Source: the human T2T-CHM13v2.0 reference genome, Homo sapiens
DNA: 64,000 nt
Strand: one strand, 5' to 3'
NCBI RefSeq assembly: GCF_009914755.1
Contig: NC_060947.1
A program made the translations under genes and the position numbers. The stretch's first letter is position 1. Each line of letters starts with the position of its first letter. This document shows, piece by piece, positions 1-13,859 of this stretch. The notes under the pieces are model-generated. The model was not told the DNA's origin, searched no databases, and saw only the letters and a list, made by a program, of their open reading frames with translations.

Positions 1-1278
1 CATTGGCAGCATGGCAAGGTGCACACTCATCGCCTGTGGCAGGGTGCTAGTGGGTGCCAGGATACCTGCCTCCATGTAGGCATTTGCAGCAGCAGCAGTG
101 GCAGTATGGCTCAGAGTGGTGAGGGGCCCTCACCAGCGACTGTGCATGCACTTGCATCAGAGGTGGTGTTAGCACAGGCGTGAGGCACTGGTCAGCACAG
201 GACTGTGTGAGAGCCCTCAATACACGTTCACGCTGGCAGCAGTGGCCGCTTAGGGCTAAAGGCAGCTTTGCTGTTTTCCTTACCTACTTTTTCACTGGCA
301 CCCCAGCACAAGGGTGGCACACTGGCAAGGGCGTGGCTGGTAGGCTGCATGCTGCCAGTGCTCTGAGGACAATGGCAATGAGGCATGGGGTGGTGGGGGT
401 GGGATGCTCTCACACTGGCAGCAGTGGCACTGCAGGGTACACATGCACACTCATGCTGGTGGGGGAAAGAAGGGTAAGTATGCCCACGCATACTGGGAAA
501 GCAATGTGGGGGTAGCTGTGAGTTAGTACATGCAAGCAAAGCAGCATTGAGAAGGCTGAAGTGGAGAGAGGGCTGGGCCGGCTGGTGGGTGTCAGCAGGG
601 GCTTCTCAGCTTGAGCACTCTGCTGGTCAGGTGTGGTCTGCCAGTGCTGGAGCTATGATGCAGGCCCTCAGGAGGTACCTGGAGGCTGTACTGCAAGCAG
701 GTGGGGCTAGACTGGGGCCCCAAGAGAGGCCAGTAGGCCAAGGGGTGCTCAGGTTGGACTGGCCTCGTCTGATGGGCAAGACCACCCTGCAGCATTCAGG
801 TATGACAGCTTCCCTAGGTCTAAAGTCTCCCATGGGACATCCCTAAGGGGATGGGCATTTCTGGCTGTGCTCCACTACAAATGCTCCTGCACCAAACCCT
901 CTGTGATCTGCCACAGCTGGACTTCTACCCCTGCAACTTCTCTAAGCAATTTTCTTGCCAACTTAAGTGTCCATGGTGGTGGAGGGGTCTCCTCCTGCTG
1001 GGATTCCAGATACCCATAGCGAGAGTGGGTTGCTCCTTGCCTGTTCAACTTACCCCCTCTGCAGGAGTCACTGGGGTCCAGGAACAAGTCTAGGTGTGTG
1101 GTATCCCTCTGGAGGGCTCCCAGCTTCCTCCCTCTTCAGCCCAACCTCTGTGTCTTCCTTCCAATTGCCCTCGATGCCTTTCCTCTGAAGATCTGCTAGG
1201 AATGTGCGAGTCTTCCTGATGCGTCAATCCCTCTGTGGGAGATGTTCCTACTGGTTGTGTCTAGTTGGCCACCTTTTA
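1..1278 (-). mobile_element. 5' UTR of an old primate LINE-1 (L1PA13-16/L1PB class); continues off the left edge of the window
   Basis: Reverse complement is homologous to the L1 5' UTR at 37476-39500. It ends in ctagttggcccacctt (compare aagatggccaactag at 37486) and shares tccatggtggtggaggggtctcctcctgc. Confidence 0.8.
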
Positions 1279-1289
1279 CTTTCTCCAGT

Positions 1290-2040
1290 TCTCTAATTCT
1301 TCAACACCAACTGAGTGCCTGACAATTCAGTACAATTCTGATACTAACTCCTAGAATTACCATCAGACCCCACAGGTTAAAGGCTTAGTTCCATAAGACT
1401 GTCTCCCCCATCAGATGCCAGCCACAAATGGGGTACCCAGACTACCAACATTTCTATCCAGCTAACTACAAATTCAGGAGTTTCCACATCCCATCCTCTC
1501 AGATTTGATAATTTGCTAGAACTATTCACAGGATTCAGGAAAACACTTTACTTATATTTACTGATTTATTATAAAGAGTACAATTCAGGAACAGCCAAAT
1601 GGAATAGATGCATAAGGTAAGATATAAGGAGGTGTATGGCACTTCCATGCCCTTCATAGTTATGCCACCCTCCCAGCATGTTGATGTGTTCACCACCTAG
1701 AAGCTCCTTGAGCCCCATCATTTAGGCGGTTTTATTAAGATTTCATTAGGTAAGCATGATTGATAAATTATTGGAGATTGGTGACAGAACTCAATCTTTA
1801 GCCCCTCTTTCATCCCTGGAGTTCAGGAGGTGTGAATGAAATTTCCAACCCTTTAATCATGACTTGCTCTTTCTGGCAGCCTGCCCCTATCCTGAAGCTA
1901 TCTAGGGGCCAGCCACTAGCCATTCTATTAGCATAAACTCAAGTACGATTTAAAGAGATTTGTTATGAATGGCAAAATAATTCCTATAACTCTGGAAATT
2001 CTAAGCATTTTAGACCAAATATATATTCCCATTATACTAT
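1290..2040 (-). mobile_element. MER21-family LTR
   Basis: Recalled MER21 motifs: caacaccaactgagtgcctgacaattcag, cagaccccacaggttaaagg, ctgaagctatctagggg, gaccaaatatatattc. Confidence 0.8.
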
Positions 2041-2148
2041 ATTTATGAAGCTTTCTTGTCTCATCAGATCCTGCTTAAGCCCAGTCTTCCAGACCACTGG
2101 AATTTTTGATGAAATGCTGCTGTTCACCTCCAACTTTATGATTTAGTG

Positions 2149-2365
2149 CAAGCTTGTCCAATCCATGGCCTGCAGGCCACATGCGGCCCAGGATGTTTTT
2201 GAATGTGGCCCAACACAAATTTGTAACGTTTTGTAAAACATTATGAGATTTTTTTGCAACTTTTTTTTAGCTTATCAACTATCATTGTTGTTAGTGTATT
2301 GTATACGTGGCTCAAGACAATTCTTCCAATGTGGCCCAGGGAAGCCAAAAGATGTGACACCTCTG
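2149..2365 (-). mobile_element. MER30 (hAT-Charlie MITE)
   Basis: Ends caagcttgtcca and gacacctctg. 8-bp TSD atttagtg (2141-2148) / gtttagtg (2366-2373). Confidence 0.9.
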
Positions 2366-2484
2366 GTTTAGTGGCATAAGCAACATTCAGTTCATTGTGA
2401 GCAATTTAGGTCACACTTGCTTGGGTAGCCCATGGTCAAGCACTCAGTTTTTTCCAGACTTTAGGGTCACACCAGAGCTGTTCT

Positions 2485-4808
2485 TAAAAGGACGATGGTG
2501 AAGGGAAATCTTCCCAGTGGCCAGAACATCAAGCAAGGCATCAGCTTGCTCATTTTCCCTGGAAGGAAGCATGGAAAGAGATTTACATCTACCTGGTGTC
2601 AGGGACATTGGTTAATGCTTCGCCTGTGTGGTCAGGGACATAGAAGAGACATGATTGGAAAATAGATGATAAAGAGGTCTGGGGCAAACGTATGTTTGTA
2701 ACCCTCTGCAAATGGGCATGGAGCGTGAAGATATTTGTGTTCCATGTGAACGCTTACCAAAGAGCAACCTTAGCAGAGTAGAAGTTTAATAATTAGGTGG
2801 ATAAGATGATTTATTCAGTAGATGTCAGTCAACCTCTTTCACAGACACTCTTGTCTTTGCTTGATGGGTACATGAAGAAAGTGGCCATGCCAGCCACGAT
2901 GAAGTTTATGTATGGGCTCAGAAACACAGACATCTGTGAACCAATGTTGATTTGGCTACAGCTTCAGCAGATACCAAAACTGATATTTCAATATGGCACT
3001 ATTCTTCAGAAAGATTGGCAAGCTACCCATTTTGAACTTGAATACATTGGACCACCTCCATCACGGAAGGGGCATTGTTTTGTTCTCACGAGAATACACA
3101 ATTACTCTAAATGTGATTTTGCTTTTCTTGCCTGCAAAGCTTGTGCCAAAAGTACCATCAGAGGACTTACTAACTGCCTTTTCCACCATCATGGTATTTT
3201 ATACAGAGACCCTTTTGACCAAATAATTAATTTCACACCAAAGTGTGGCAATAGGCCAATACTCATGAAATTCATTAGTTTTACTTTGTTTCCCATCACC
3301 CTGAAGCATCTGGCCTAATAGAGAGTGGAATGGCTTTGATGACTTCAGTTACAGAGCCAGCTATGTGACCACATTTTGCATATCTGGATCATATCTTCAA
3401 TGATGAGGATATGCTTTAAATCTGTGTCCAAAATGTGATGTTGTTTCTCAAATAGCCTGGATTCACAGGTTAGGGAATCAAGGAGTGAAAACGCATCTGT
3501 ATTCATTCGTTATTCCCTTATTGCTCCTCATTCATTATTCCCTTCTTACTCCACTACAAAATTCTTGCTTCCAGTCTATGTGACCTAGGCTTTCCTGGCC
3601 TAGACATCTTAGTTTAAGTGGAAGAATGCTTCCACCAAAGATGTGAAAACAGTTCCATTAAGCTTATAGTTGTGATTGCCACCTGGCCACTTTGGACTAT
3701 TTATTGCCACTGCATTGATATGAAAAAAATGGCCTATAGTACTAGTTAAGGTGGTAGATCTTGAAAATCAAGAGGAAATTTCATTGCTATACAAAATGGT
3801 GGTCTACAATGCAGGAGGTTTCCAGGGATGTCTCTTTCTACTCTCATGTATTGTGAATAAAGTCAATGAAGAACTACAGCAATCCAAATAAGTAAGACTG
3901 CTAATAGCTCATTCCATCCAGAAATGAAGATTTGGGTCACCTCATCAGGCAAAGAACCTTAACCAAGTAAAGTGTTTATTGAGGGCAAAGGGAATATGGA
4001 ATGGGTTAATGAAAGAAGGGAGATAAAAGCACATTATGGCTACCTGATCAGTTGCAAGACTCAGGACTTTAATAGCTCTGAGTGTTTCCTTCTTACTTTG
4101 ATATAATTGTTTCCATTTTTATATTAACCATTTTTATTCCACTGTCCTAGTCCCATATTCCTTTCTATTTACATAACGTTTATTCATTGTAGTTCATTTT
4201 GTGTGACAGTATCCAAGTTATGAGATGTCAAAGTGGGCTCAGAGGAATAAGGAACGTCAGCCAAAGATGGATGAAGGGACTACCAAAACAGGCTACCACA
4301 ACAAAATACCATAAACTGGGTGGCTAATAAGCAACAGAAATTTATTTTTTTACAGATCTGGAAGCAGAGAAAGCCAAAGATCAAAGTGCCAAAAAATTCA
4401 GTGTCTGGTGAGGGAATCCTTTCTGGTTCATATAAGGCACTTTTTTTTTTTCTGTGTCCTCACATAGTGGAAAGGATGAGGGCTCTCCTTGGGCTTCTTT
4501 TATAAGGGTATTAATGTAATTCATGAAGCCTCTGCACCCATGGCCCAATCACATCCCAAAGGCCCCATCTCCTAATACCATTATCTGGGGTGCTACATTT
4601 TAACATAACATTTTCAGGAAGACATGAGCTTTCAGACCTTAGCAGGGACTTTTTATCCTCTTTTGTAGAGAGGTTTAACATGTTTTCAGCTGTACATAGG
4701 ATAGTTGCATCATGAGAGACAGAACTATGGCTTTGCTCTGTTCTTTAGTTAGAAGTGAAATATGCAATAAAGATGTATATGTGGATGCCAAGTTGACAAG
4801 GGCTGGAA
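2485..4808 (+). mobile_element. Decayed ERVL internal region: RNase H, integrase, dUTPase and polypurine tract
   Basis: GEGKSSQW-like RNase H motif at about 2498. ORF 2797-3318 has integrase-like YIGPPPSRKGHCFVLT...STIRGLT. dUTPase-like LPPGHFGL at about 3675. ggatgccaagttgacaaggg precedes the LTR. Many stops and frameshifts. Confidence 0.85.
4281..4644 (-). mobile_element. MaLR solo LTR (MLT1A/MST class) inserted in ERVL
   Basis: aacaaaataccataaactgggtggc and gtgtctggtgaggg motifs, ending cagaccttagca. 5-bp TSD gggac (4276-4280 / 4645-4649). Confidence 0.85.
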
Positions 4809-7700
4809 TGTGAGTGCTTTGTAATATATGTGTCAACTTGACTAAGCCTAATTACATTTTCCAGAAATCTTTCTCTGTGTATTTCTGGTTAGGGTGGTCT
4901 GTGATAGAAATATCCTACTATTTGGAAAGCAGAAATGAAACAGTAACCATGTTTTATTATTCAAAGGATGGTGATATGGTTTGGCTGTGTCCCCGCCCAT
5001 ATCTCATCTTCAATTCCCACGTGTTGTGGGAGGGACTGGTGGGAGGGAATTGAATCATGGGGGCAGGTCTTTCCCATGCTGTTCTCATGATAGTAAGTCT
5101 CACGAGATCTGATGGTTATTATAAGGGGGCGTTTTCCTGCACAAACTCTTTTTTTTTTTTTGCCTGCTGCCATCCACGTAAGATGTGACTTGCTGCTCCT
5201 TGCCTTCCACCATGATTGTGAAGCCTCTCCAGCCATGTGGAATTATAAGTCCAATAAACCTTTTTATTTTGTAAATTGCCCAGTTTCAGGTATGTCTTTA
5301 TCAGCAGCATGAAAACAAACTAATACAGTAAATTGGTACCGGTAGAGTGGAGCATTGCTGAAAAGATATGCTAAAATGTGGACGTGACTTTGGAACTGGG
5401 TAATAGGCAGAGGTCGGAACAGTTTGGAGGGCTCAGAAAAAGATAGGAAAATGTGGGAAAGTTGGGAACTCCCTAGAGACTTATGGAATGGCTTTGACCA
5501 AAAACCTGATGGCGATATGGACAATAAGGTCCAGGCTGAGGTGGTCTTAGATGGAGATGAGGAAAATGCTGGGAACTGGAGCAAAGGTGACTCTTCTTAT
5601 GTTTTAGCAAAGAGACTGGTGGTTTTTTGCCCCTGCCCTAGAGATCTGTGGAATTTGACCTTGAGAGAGATGATTTAGGGTATCAGGTGGAAGAAATTTC
5701 TAAGCAGCAAAGCATTCAAGAGGTGACTTGTGTCCTGTTAAAGGCACTCAGTTTTGCAAGGGAAGCAGAACATAAAAGTTCAGAAAATTTTCAGCCTGAC
5801 AATGTGATAGAAAAGAAAACCCCATTTTTCTGATGATAAATTGAAGCCAGCTGCAGAAATTTGCATAAGTAACGAGGAGCCAAATGTTAATCACTAAGAC
5901 CATGGGGAAAATATCTCCATGGCTTGTCAGAGGTCTTCACGGCAGCCCCTCACATCACTGGCCCCCAGAGGCCTAGGAGAAAATGGTTTTATGGGTCGGG
6001 CCCAGGGTCCCCATGCTATGTGCAGTCTAGGGACTTGGTGCCCCGTGTCCCAGCCACTCCAGCCATAACTGAAAGGGGCCAAGGTATAGCTTGGGCTGTT
6101 GCTTCAAAGGATGGAAGCCCCAGGCCTTGGCAGCTTCCATGTGGTGTTGAGCCTGCAGGTGCACTGAAGTCAAGAATTGAGGTTTGGGAACCTCCACCTA
6201 GATTTCAGAAGATGTATGGAAATGCCTGGATGCCCAGGCAAAAGTTTGCTGCAGGGGCGAGGACCTCATGGAGAACCTCTGTTAGGGTGGTGTGGAAGGG
6301 AAAAGTGGGGTCATAGCCGCCACACAGAGTCCCTACCAGGGGACCACCTAGTGGAGCTGTGAGAAGAGGGCCACCATCCTCCAGACCCCAGAATGGTAGA
6401 TCCACCGACAGCCTGCACCGTGTGCCTGGAAAAGCCGCAGACACTCAATGCCAGCCTGTGAAAGCAGCAGGGAGGGAGGCTGTACCCTGCAAAGCCACAG
6501 GGGCAGAGCTGCCCAAGATCATGGGAACCAATCTCTTGCATCAGCATGACCTGGATATGAGACATGGAGTCAAAGGAAATCATTTTGGAGCTTTAAGATT
6601 TGACTGTCCCACTGGATCTCAGACTTCCATGGGGCCTGTAGCCTCTTTGTTTTGGCCAATATCTCCCATTTGGAATGGCTGTATTTATCCAATGCCTGTA
6701 CCCCCATTGTATCTAGGAAGTAACTAACTTGCTTTTGATTTTACAGGTTCATAGACAGAAGGGATTTGCCTTGTCTCAGATGAGATGTGGGACTGTGGAT
6801 TTTGAGTTAATGCTGAAGCGAGTTAAGACTTTGGAGGACTGTTGGGAGGGCATGATTGGTTTTGAAATGTGAGGACATGAGATTTGAGAGGGTCCAGGGG
6901 CAGTGTGGTATGGTTTGGCTGTGTCTCAACCCAAATCTCATCTTGAATTCCAATATGTTGTGGGAGGAACCAGGTGGGAGATAATTGAGTCATGGGTTGA
7001 TGTCTTTCCCATGCTGTTCTCATGATAGTGAATAAGTCTCATGAGATCTGGTAGTTTCATTAAGAGGGGCTCCCCTGCATGAGTTCTCTCTTTGCCTGCT
7101 GCCATCCACGTAAGATGTGGCTTGCTACCCCTTACCTTCTGCCATGATTGTGAAGCCTCCCAGTCACATGGAACTGTAAGTCCAATAAACTTTTTTCTTT
7201 TGTAAATTGCCCAGTCTCGGGTATGTCTTTATTGGCAGCATGAAAATGGACTAATACAGATGGCATAGGTCAAGAAACCTCTTGTGGCTCACAAGCGATT
7301 TTGTGCATCTGCTGGTTCACCTCATTGGCAAAGGCGACAGCTGTAGCTACCAGGATCCTATTCCTCAAGCTTCAGTAATTTCTGGTCCAGGTTCAGGAGG
7401 ACTTCGTGCCAAGAGTTCCATTTCTCTTGCAGGTCATGCATGCCAGTAAATTTGCTGGCTTGAAGATGGAGAACGTCTGATATGTGTTCCAGTGAGAGAA
7501 AGATATAGTTTCCATCTTGTTTGCATGTTGTTTTTCCTTACATTTTCCAAGTTAATATTCATTTTTCCTTTCTGACCCCATGTCTTATGAATTGAGGGTC
7601 AGCACTAGATTCTAAACAAGCAGCTAAATCTGGATTGTTTTAACCATTCCCACAGTTGGGTAAGGTCAAATCTCTATTATAAATCTTTTCATCCAGAGAG
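4809..7700 (+). mobile_element. ERVL-class 3' LTR (LTR33/LTR41-like), split by THE1
   Basis: Starts tgtga right after the ERVL PPT and contains tgtcaacttgactaagcctaattacattttccagaa. Appears to resume after 7263; right end approximate. Confidence 0.55.
4972..7258 (+). mobile_element. Full-length THE1 (MaLR) element: 5' LTR 4972-5327, internal 5328-6905, 3' LTR 6906-7258
   Basis: Both LTRs run tg(a/g)tatggtttggctgtgtc...ctaataca. Internal region starts gtaaattggtacc and carries disrupted MaLR ORF pieces (EEISKQQSIQEV). Perfect 5-bp TSD gatgg (4967-4971 / 7259-7263). Confidence 0.95.
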
Positions 7701-7704
7701 AAGG

Positions 7705-8561
7705 TGTCCAAGTCAGTTTGGGCTGCTGTAACAAGATTCCACAGAGTGGGTAATTTGTAAACAATAAAAATTTATTTCTTACAATTCTGGAGATGGAGAA
7801 ACTCAAGATCTAGGCACCACAGGTTTGGATTCTGGTGAGGGCTCTCTGCTTCTAAGGGAGGAGACCACCCCTCATATTGTCTTATGCCCAATTTCTGCCT
7901 CCAAAGAAAGAAGAAGTAAAAACTAAAAGGCAGAAATGGAATCCACAGGCAGATAGCCCAGCACGGCACCCTGGGCCTGATAGTTAAAAATCAACCCCTG
8001 ACCTAACTGCTTGTGTTATATATAGATTTCAGACATTGTATGGAAAAGCGTTGAAAATCCCTGTCCTATTCTGTTCCGTTCTGATTACCGGTGCATGCGG
8101 CCCCCAGTCACGTACCCAGTGCTTGCTCAATCAATCACGACCCTCTCATGCAGAACCCCTTAGAGTTGTAAGCCCTTAAAAGGGACAGGAATTGCGCACT
8201 CGGGGAGCTCGGTTTTTGGAGACGTGAGTCTGCCGATGCTCCCAGCTGAATAAAGCCCTTTCCTTCCACAACTCAGTGTCTGAGGGGTTCTTGTCTGTGG
8301 CTTGCTCTGCTACACTTCCAAGATAGTGCCTCCTTGCTGCATCCTCTACAGGGAATGAACACTGTGTCCACACATGGCAGAAGAAATGGAAAGGGCAAAC
8401 TCACCATCCCTCAAGCCTTTAATAGGGTACTAATCCATTTATGAAGGTGGAGCCCTAGTGGTCTAATCACCTCCAAGAGAGGCCGCTTGTTAATACTGTT
8501 GCCTTGCAAATTAAGTTTCAACAGGAATCTTAGAGGAAACACAACCATTCAATCCATAGCA
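7705..8561 (-). mobile_element. MaLR solo LTR (MLT1A/MST class), interrupted by LTR2
   Basis: gtttgggctgctgtaacaag...ctggtgagggctctctgcttc resumes as caagatag...aatccatagca. TSD gaagg / gaaag. Confidence 0.85.
7853..8314 (+). mobile_element. LTR2-family (HERV-E/Harlequin) solo LTR
   Basis: Starts taagggaggagaccacccctcatattgtcttatgccc, has AATAAA at about 8249, ends ctgctaca. 4-bp TSD cttc (7849-7852 / 8315-8318). Confidence 0.9.
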
Positions 8562-9574
8562 GAAAGTCAATGACACTCTCAGACCATAAGCATACTTTGA
8601 GGGGGACAAAGTGGAAACACTGCTCCCCATGTAGGGGTCTGTGGTCTATCTTTCAAAGTCCACATTAAGTCCTCCTTCCCTGCCTGAGAAAAGCCCACTC
8701 ACTGTGAACCCTCTGTATTCTTTCAGCTACATAGTTTTTGTAGTCGATAGATTCCATATAAAGATGCTTAAGTTATGAATCCATTTCACATTCAGTCTTT
8801 TCTCCAACTGGACCTTGAGATTCTTATTTCCAGAGACTGTGGCAACTGCCTTTCAGTCCTTGGCAATGTTTTTGCTCAAGGGTGCAGGAGGTGGGGGTGG
8901 AGATAGGCTGACATCCTATCCACTCAAGGCCATTGACTCTCTGTGTCTGGCTAATTGCCCTTTCTACATTCTCTTTAATATTTAAATCAATGTTTTATGA
9001 CAACGTTCTCCCTTCTTGGGGTGGGACAGTAGGTAAAATTAATATCATCTAAATTTGGTTGGAATTATAATAGAAATGTACTGGTATTATTTTTCTGAAA
9101 TGTGATATTTCCTAATTCATTTGCTATGCATTTTTTCTAAAATATTTTTCAGATTTACAAAATATTTTCTTTTTCAATGTAAATATGAAAAGCTGCTTTC
9201 TCCATAATTTGAAAAATTATTTACATCTGAGGTCTTTGGCTTAGTGTGGCCGAATGCAACAGAAAGTCTTAGTTTACTCAGATCATCCTGGAAAGGCTGC
9301 CCTTTTAAATTCTGTATAAGGATTGCCTTTAAGAAGTGTCTTGCTCTCAGTATTCATTCTTTGGAGGTTTGATGTTAATTTGGCAGTGTCCATAAAACAC
9401 TTTCCAGTTCGTGTTTTTAACACTTCTTCAAATCTCTGCACTGACTGGGTCCTTTTCAACTTTATATCTTCTGTACTAAGTGCCTTTAATAACATTAAAA
9501 CATCCAGATTTTCTCTCTTCTTTTACCACTGATGACATCTGAGCTATACAATTGTTTCATTGCTCAGTCACTCC

Positions 9575-9888
<314 letters not shown>

Positions 9889-9929
9889 TGAACCGTCTCA
9901 GGTAAAAACTGGGGAATAAGTCATAATGC

Positions 9930-10296
<367 letters not shown>

Positions 10297-11649
10297 TAGA
10301 TAATACAGAATGCAGCACGTTCTAAAAGGCACTCTTGCAGTTACGAGTCCTTTGAACTGTCTTCTATACGTGGGAAATTTATGAGACCTGGTAGCTGAGG
10401 CTGATATTTGCTTATAACACAGTTGCTAGAACAATTTGGCTAAAGCTGTTGGAACATACACTTGACATTAGGCTTGCTTCATTGGATGGCCACAGAAATA
10501 TGGTATTTTGTACTAACTAGGAGACAATGCCTTTGAGAATGCAACTACCTACAAAAGTTGTAAAAAGTTAAGAATTTCAAGTAGGATCATAATTAATGAT
10601 TGAAACCTAAGCATGCATTCAGTTTTCAATTTCTGTATTTCATGTGATAGTCAAAAGAAAATAAAATTAGTCCTAATAAGATTTTGGTTATCAGTGAATT
10701 TTTAATTAATTCAACTTTTATTTATCCTCTTTTCCTCTTTTTTCTGTTTCTCATTTTATAGATATGGAACCTATGGGTCTGGGAGATTAAGAAATTATGG
10801 TTTATAAATAGAGCACAGGATTTTAAGGGAAAAATTATTTATTTATTTCCCTGAATGGTCTCTCAGGGGGAAAAAACAGGCATCAGGCATTTTTAGTGTT
10901 TGGCAAGAGGGAGATGAGGTCGATATGATCAGACGATGCACAAACACCCTGCCTGATACCCAATGATCTGGTTTAAAAAAGGAAAATGTGTTGATTTCTC
11001 CCATTGAGACAGCAGACAAACATAGGATGGACTCTTTTCTTAGTTTTGGAAAGAGTTCATTGGTTCATGTTAATAGTGCACAGTTATTTTAGGAAGAGTA
11101 ATTGGTTCATGTTAATGGTGCATGATTGTTAACTTTTTTCTTATTTTTTCTATAGTTCAGAGGCATAAAAAGATATGGATGAAGTGATAAACAGTGAATT
11201 TGTTCTTCAAGGATTTGAGATTTTCTCATTTTCAGTAGCACATGAGAATTTTAGCAACACTGGTTTTCTTCCAGTTATTGTTTTGTTCCAAAAAGTTATA
11301 TCTAATGTTGTTTGACTTTTCTCCTATATTTTAAGGGAAGATATATCTGACAGCATTTCTTCAGATTAAAAATAAAAGTGTTTCAAAATGACTAATAAGC
11401 TTCAGGGTTTTTTTAGATAAATAATATGGACTCAAGTCTGTTGCACCTTTCTTAATGTTTTGGCCCACACTACTGACATTGAAAGAGATCACTTTCAACT
11501 ATGTTTTAAGTTATTTTATTACACCCCCAATTAATTAAAATATCAACTTTAAACAATTTCTGCAAAGAAAGAAATGGAGGTCTAGCCTCTACTGCCTTTC
11601 ATTGAAAGAAACCAATGGATGATCCAGCTCTCCTGGAGGCTAGATCGTG

Positions 11650-11827
11650 CTACTGGGCTGCACTGGATGAGCAGCATCAGCATCACCTGGGAATTTGTAA
11701 GAAATGCAAATTCCCAAACCCCACTGCAGACTTACTGAATAGGAAATTCTGAAGGTGGGCCAGCAGTCAAACTTTTTCAAGTCCTCTAGTTGATTTTTGA
11801 ATCTCAATAAGGTTTGAGAACCACTGG
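11650..11827. mobile_element. MER5A (hAT-Charlie MITE)
   Basis: cagcatcagcatcacctgggaatttgtaagaaatgcaaattc and terminal gtttgagaaccactg. Confidence 0.8.
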
Positions 11828-12599
11828 CTTAGAGTGATGCAGGGAAAACTTTCAGACTCACTTATGGTAGGACCAGCATTAAATCACTGACTTGAGACTG
11901 TTTCAGGTAAAATGAACAGGACGGTAAATACTGGACTGGGGAGGAGATGACATACTGCCACCAACAAATCTTTGCCTCTCAAGCGGTTTTTTTTTTTTTT
12001 CTGGAGAAAGACTATAAATTTTTACTGGAGAAAGACTCACTGGAGAGGCAAAGATTGGGTGGTGGCAGTGGAAAAACTGGATAAAGAAAAAAGCTAGTTC
12101 CTGAGGGAAACAAACACTATGATATCATGTATATGAGGTTTAAAAACATGTGAAACAATCACCATAAATTGATTGTGGGTATATACATATATGTATTAAA
12201 ATGAATGTGTGTGATACATGCATATGTATCATGCAGAAAGTTGTGTATGAAAATAATACTTCTTCAGAATAGTGGCTATGTCTTTTGGACAGAGAGGGAA
12301 GGCCATTGGGGAAGGTCACACTGTGGGTGTCAACTGTAATATTATATTGTCTAACTTGAGGGGTGAGTACATGTATGTAAGTTTTATCTATATCTTTATG
12401 TAGGTCAGCAATATTTCCTAACAAAATGAAAAAAAAAATTAGAAGAGGAAAGGGAGAAAATTGGCCCAATAACTAGAATGTGTTTAAGGAAAAGCATGAA
12501 GTCACAGAGGTTGAGAGAAGGGTAAAGGATAGAGGTTGAGAGAAGGGTAAGAGACAGAGCTTTGAGGGTAGAAGGCCTCCTACATTTATGTAAGGCTTC

Positions 12600-12812
12600 C
12601 TGGGTACTCTAGTTAGACATACTACCTTTTCTCATATTCTATGATAGCACATCTATTCTGACTTAACTACCATTGTTCACATAAATGTATCAATGTCACT
12701 ATCCTCTAGAGAGTAAGTTTCTGAATGGTTCAGACTTTAAAGTGTTTTATTTATCTTTCCTAAAGTACCTAGCACTAGGTTTTCACTGAGTAGGTGCTTG
12801 ATAAATATCTGT
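12600..12812 (+). mobile_element. L2 3' end remnant
   Basis: agtacctagcac and gagtaggtgcttgataaatatctgtt resemble L2 3' termini. Confidence 0.55.
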
Positions 12813-12899
12813 TACAGTTAAGTTACCTTAATGCGTCCACAATTCTTTGGTTACAATGCTGCCATTTAAAAATATATTATCAGGTGGTGTTTCATACTT

Positions 12900-13704
<805 letters not shown>

Positions 13705-13859
13705 AACTTTATGTTTTTAAATTTCTTTGGTACACTAAACAAGAATAGAAAAAAAAACTTTAAAATACACCAAGTATTCTAAATTCAATTCTGGTTTCAG
13801 ATTGGTAAGAAGGTACATTCGTCATGGTAGGAAAGATTTTTTATTTAACAGTCGATTAG

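Noticed and set aside
180-1188. Cluster of overlapping 67-111 aa ORFs (also at 38325-39482)
   Set aside because: GC-rich L1 5' UTR sequence with few stops and no recognisable protein.
2797-3318. 173 aa ORF as a domesticated integrase
   Set aside because: Partly out of frame, the catalytic-motif region is degenerate, and the surrounding pol has many disruptions.
5424-6727. THE1 internal ORFs as a coding gene
   Set aside because: Frameshifted fragments typical of THE1-int.
10730-11340. Several + strand pyrimidine-tract/AG acceptor-like sites
   Set aside because: Common in T-rich DNA, one resembles a MIR core, and no convincing paired donor and frame were found.
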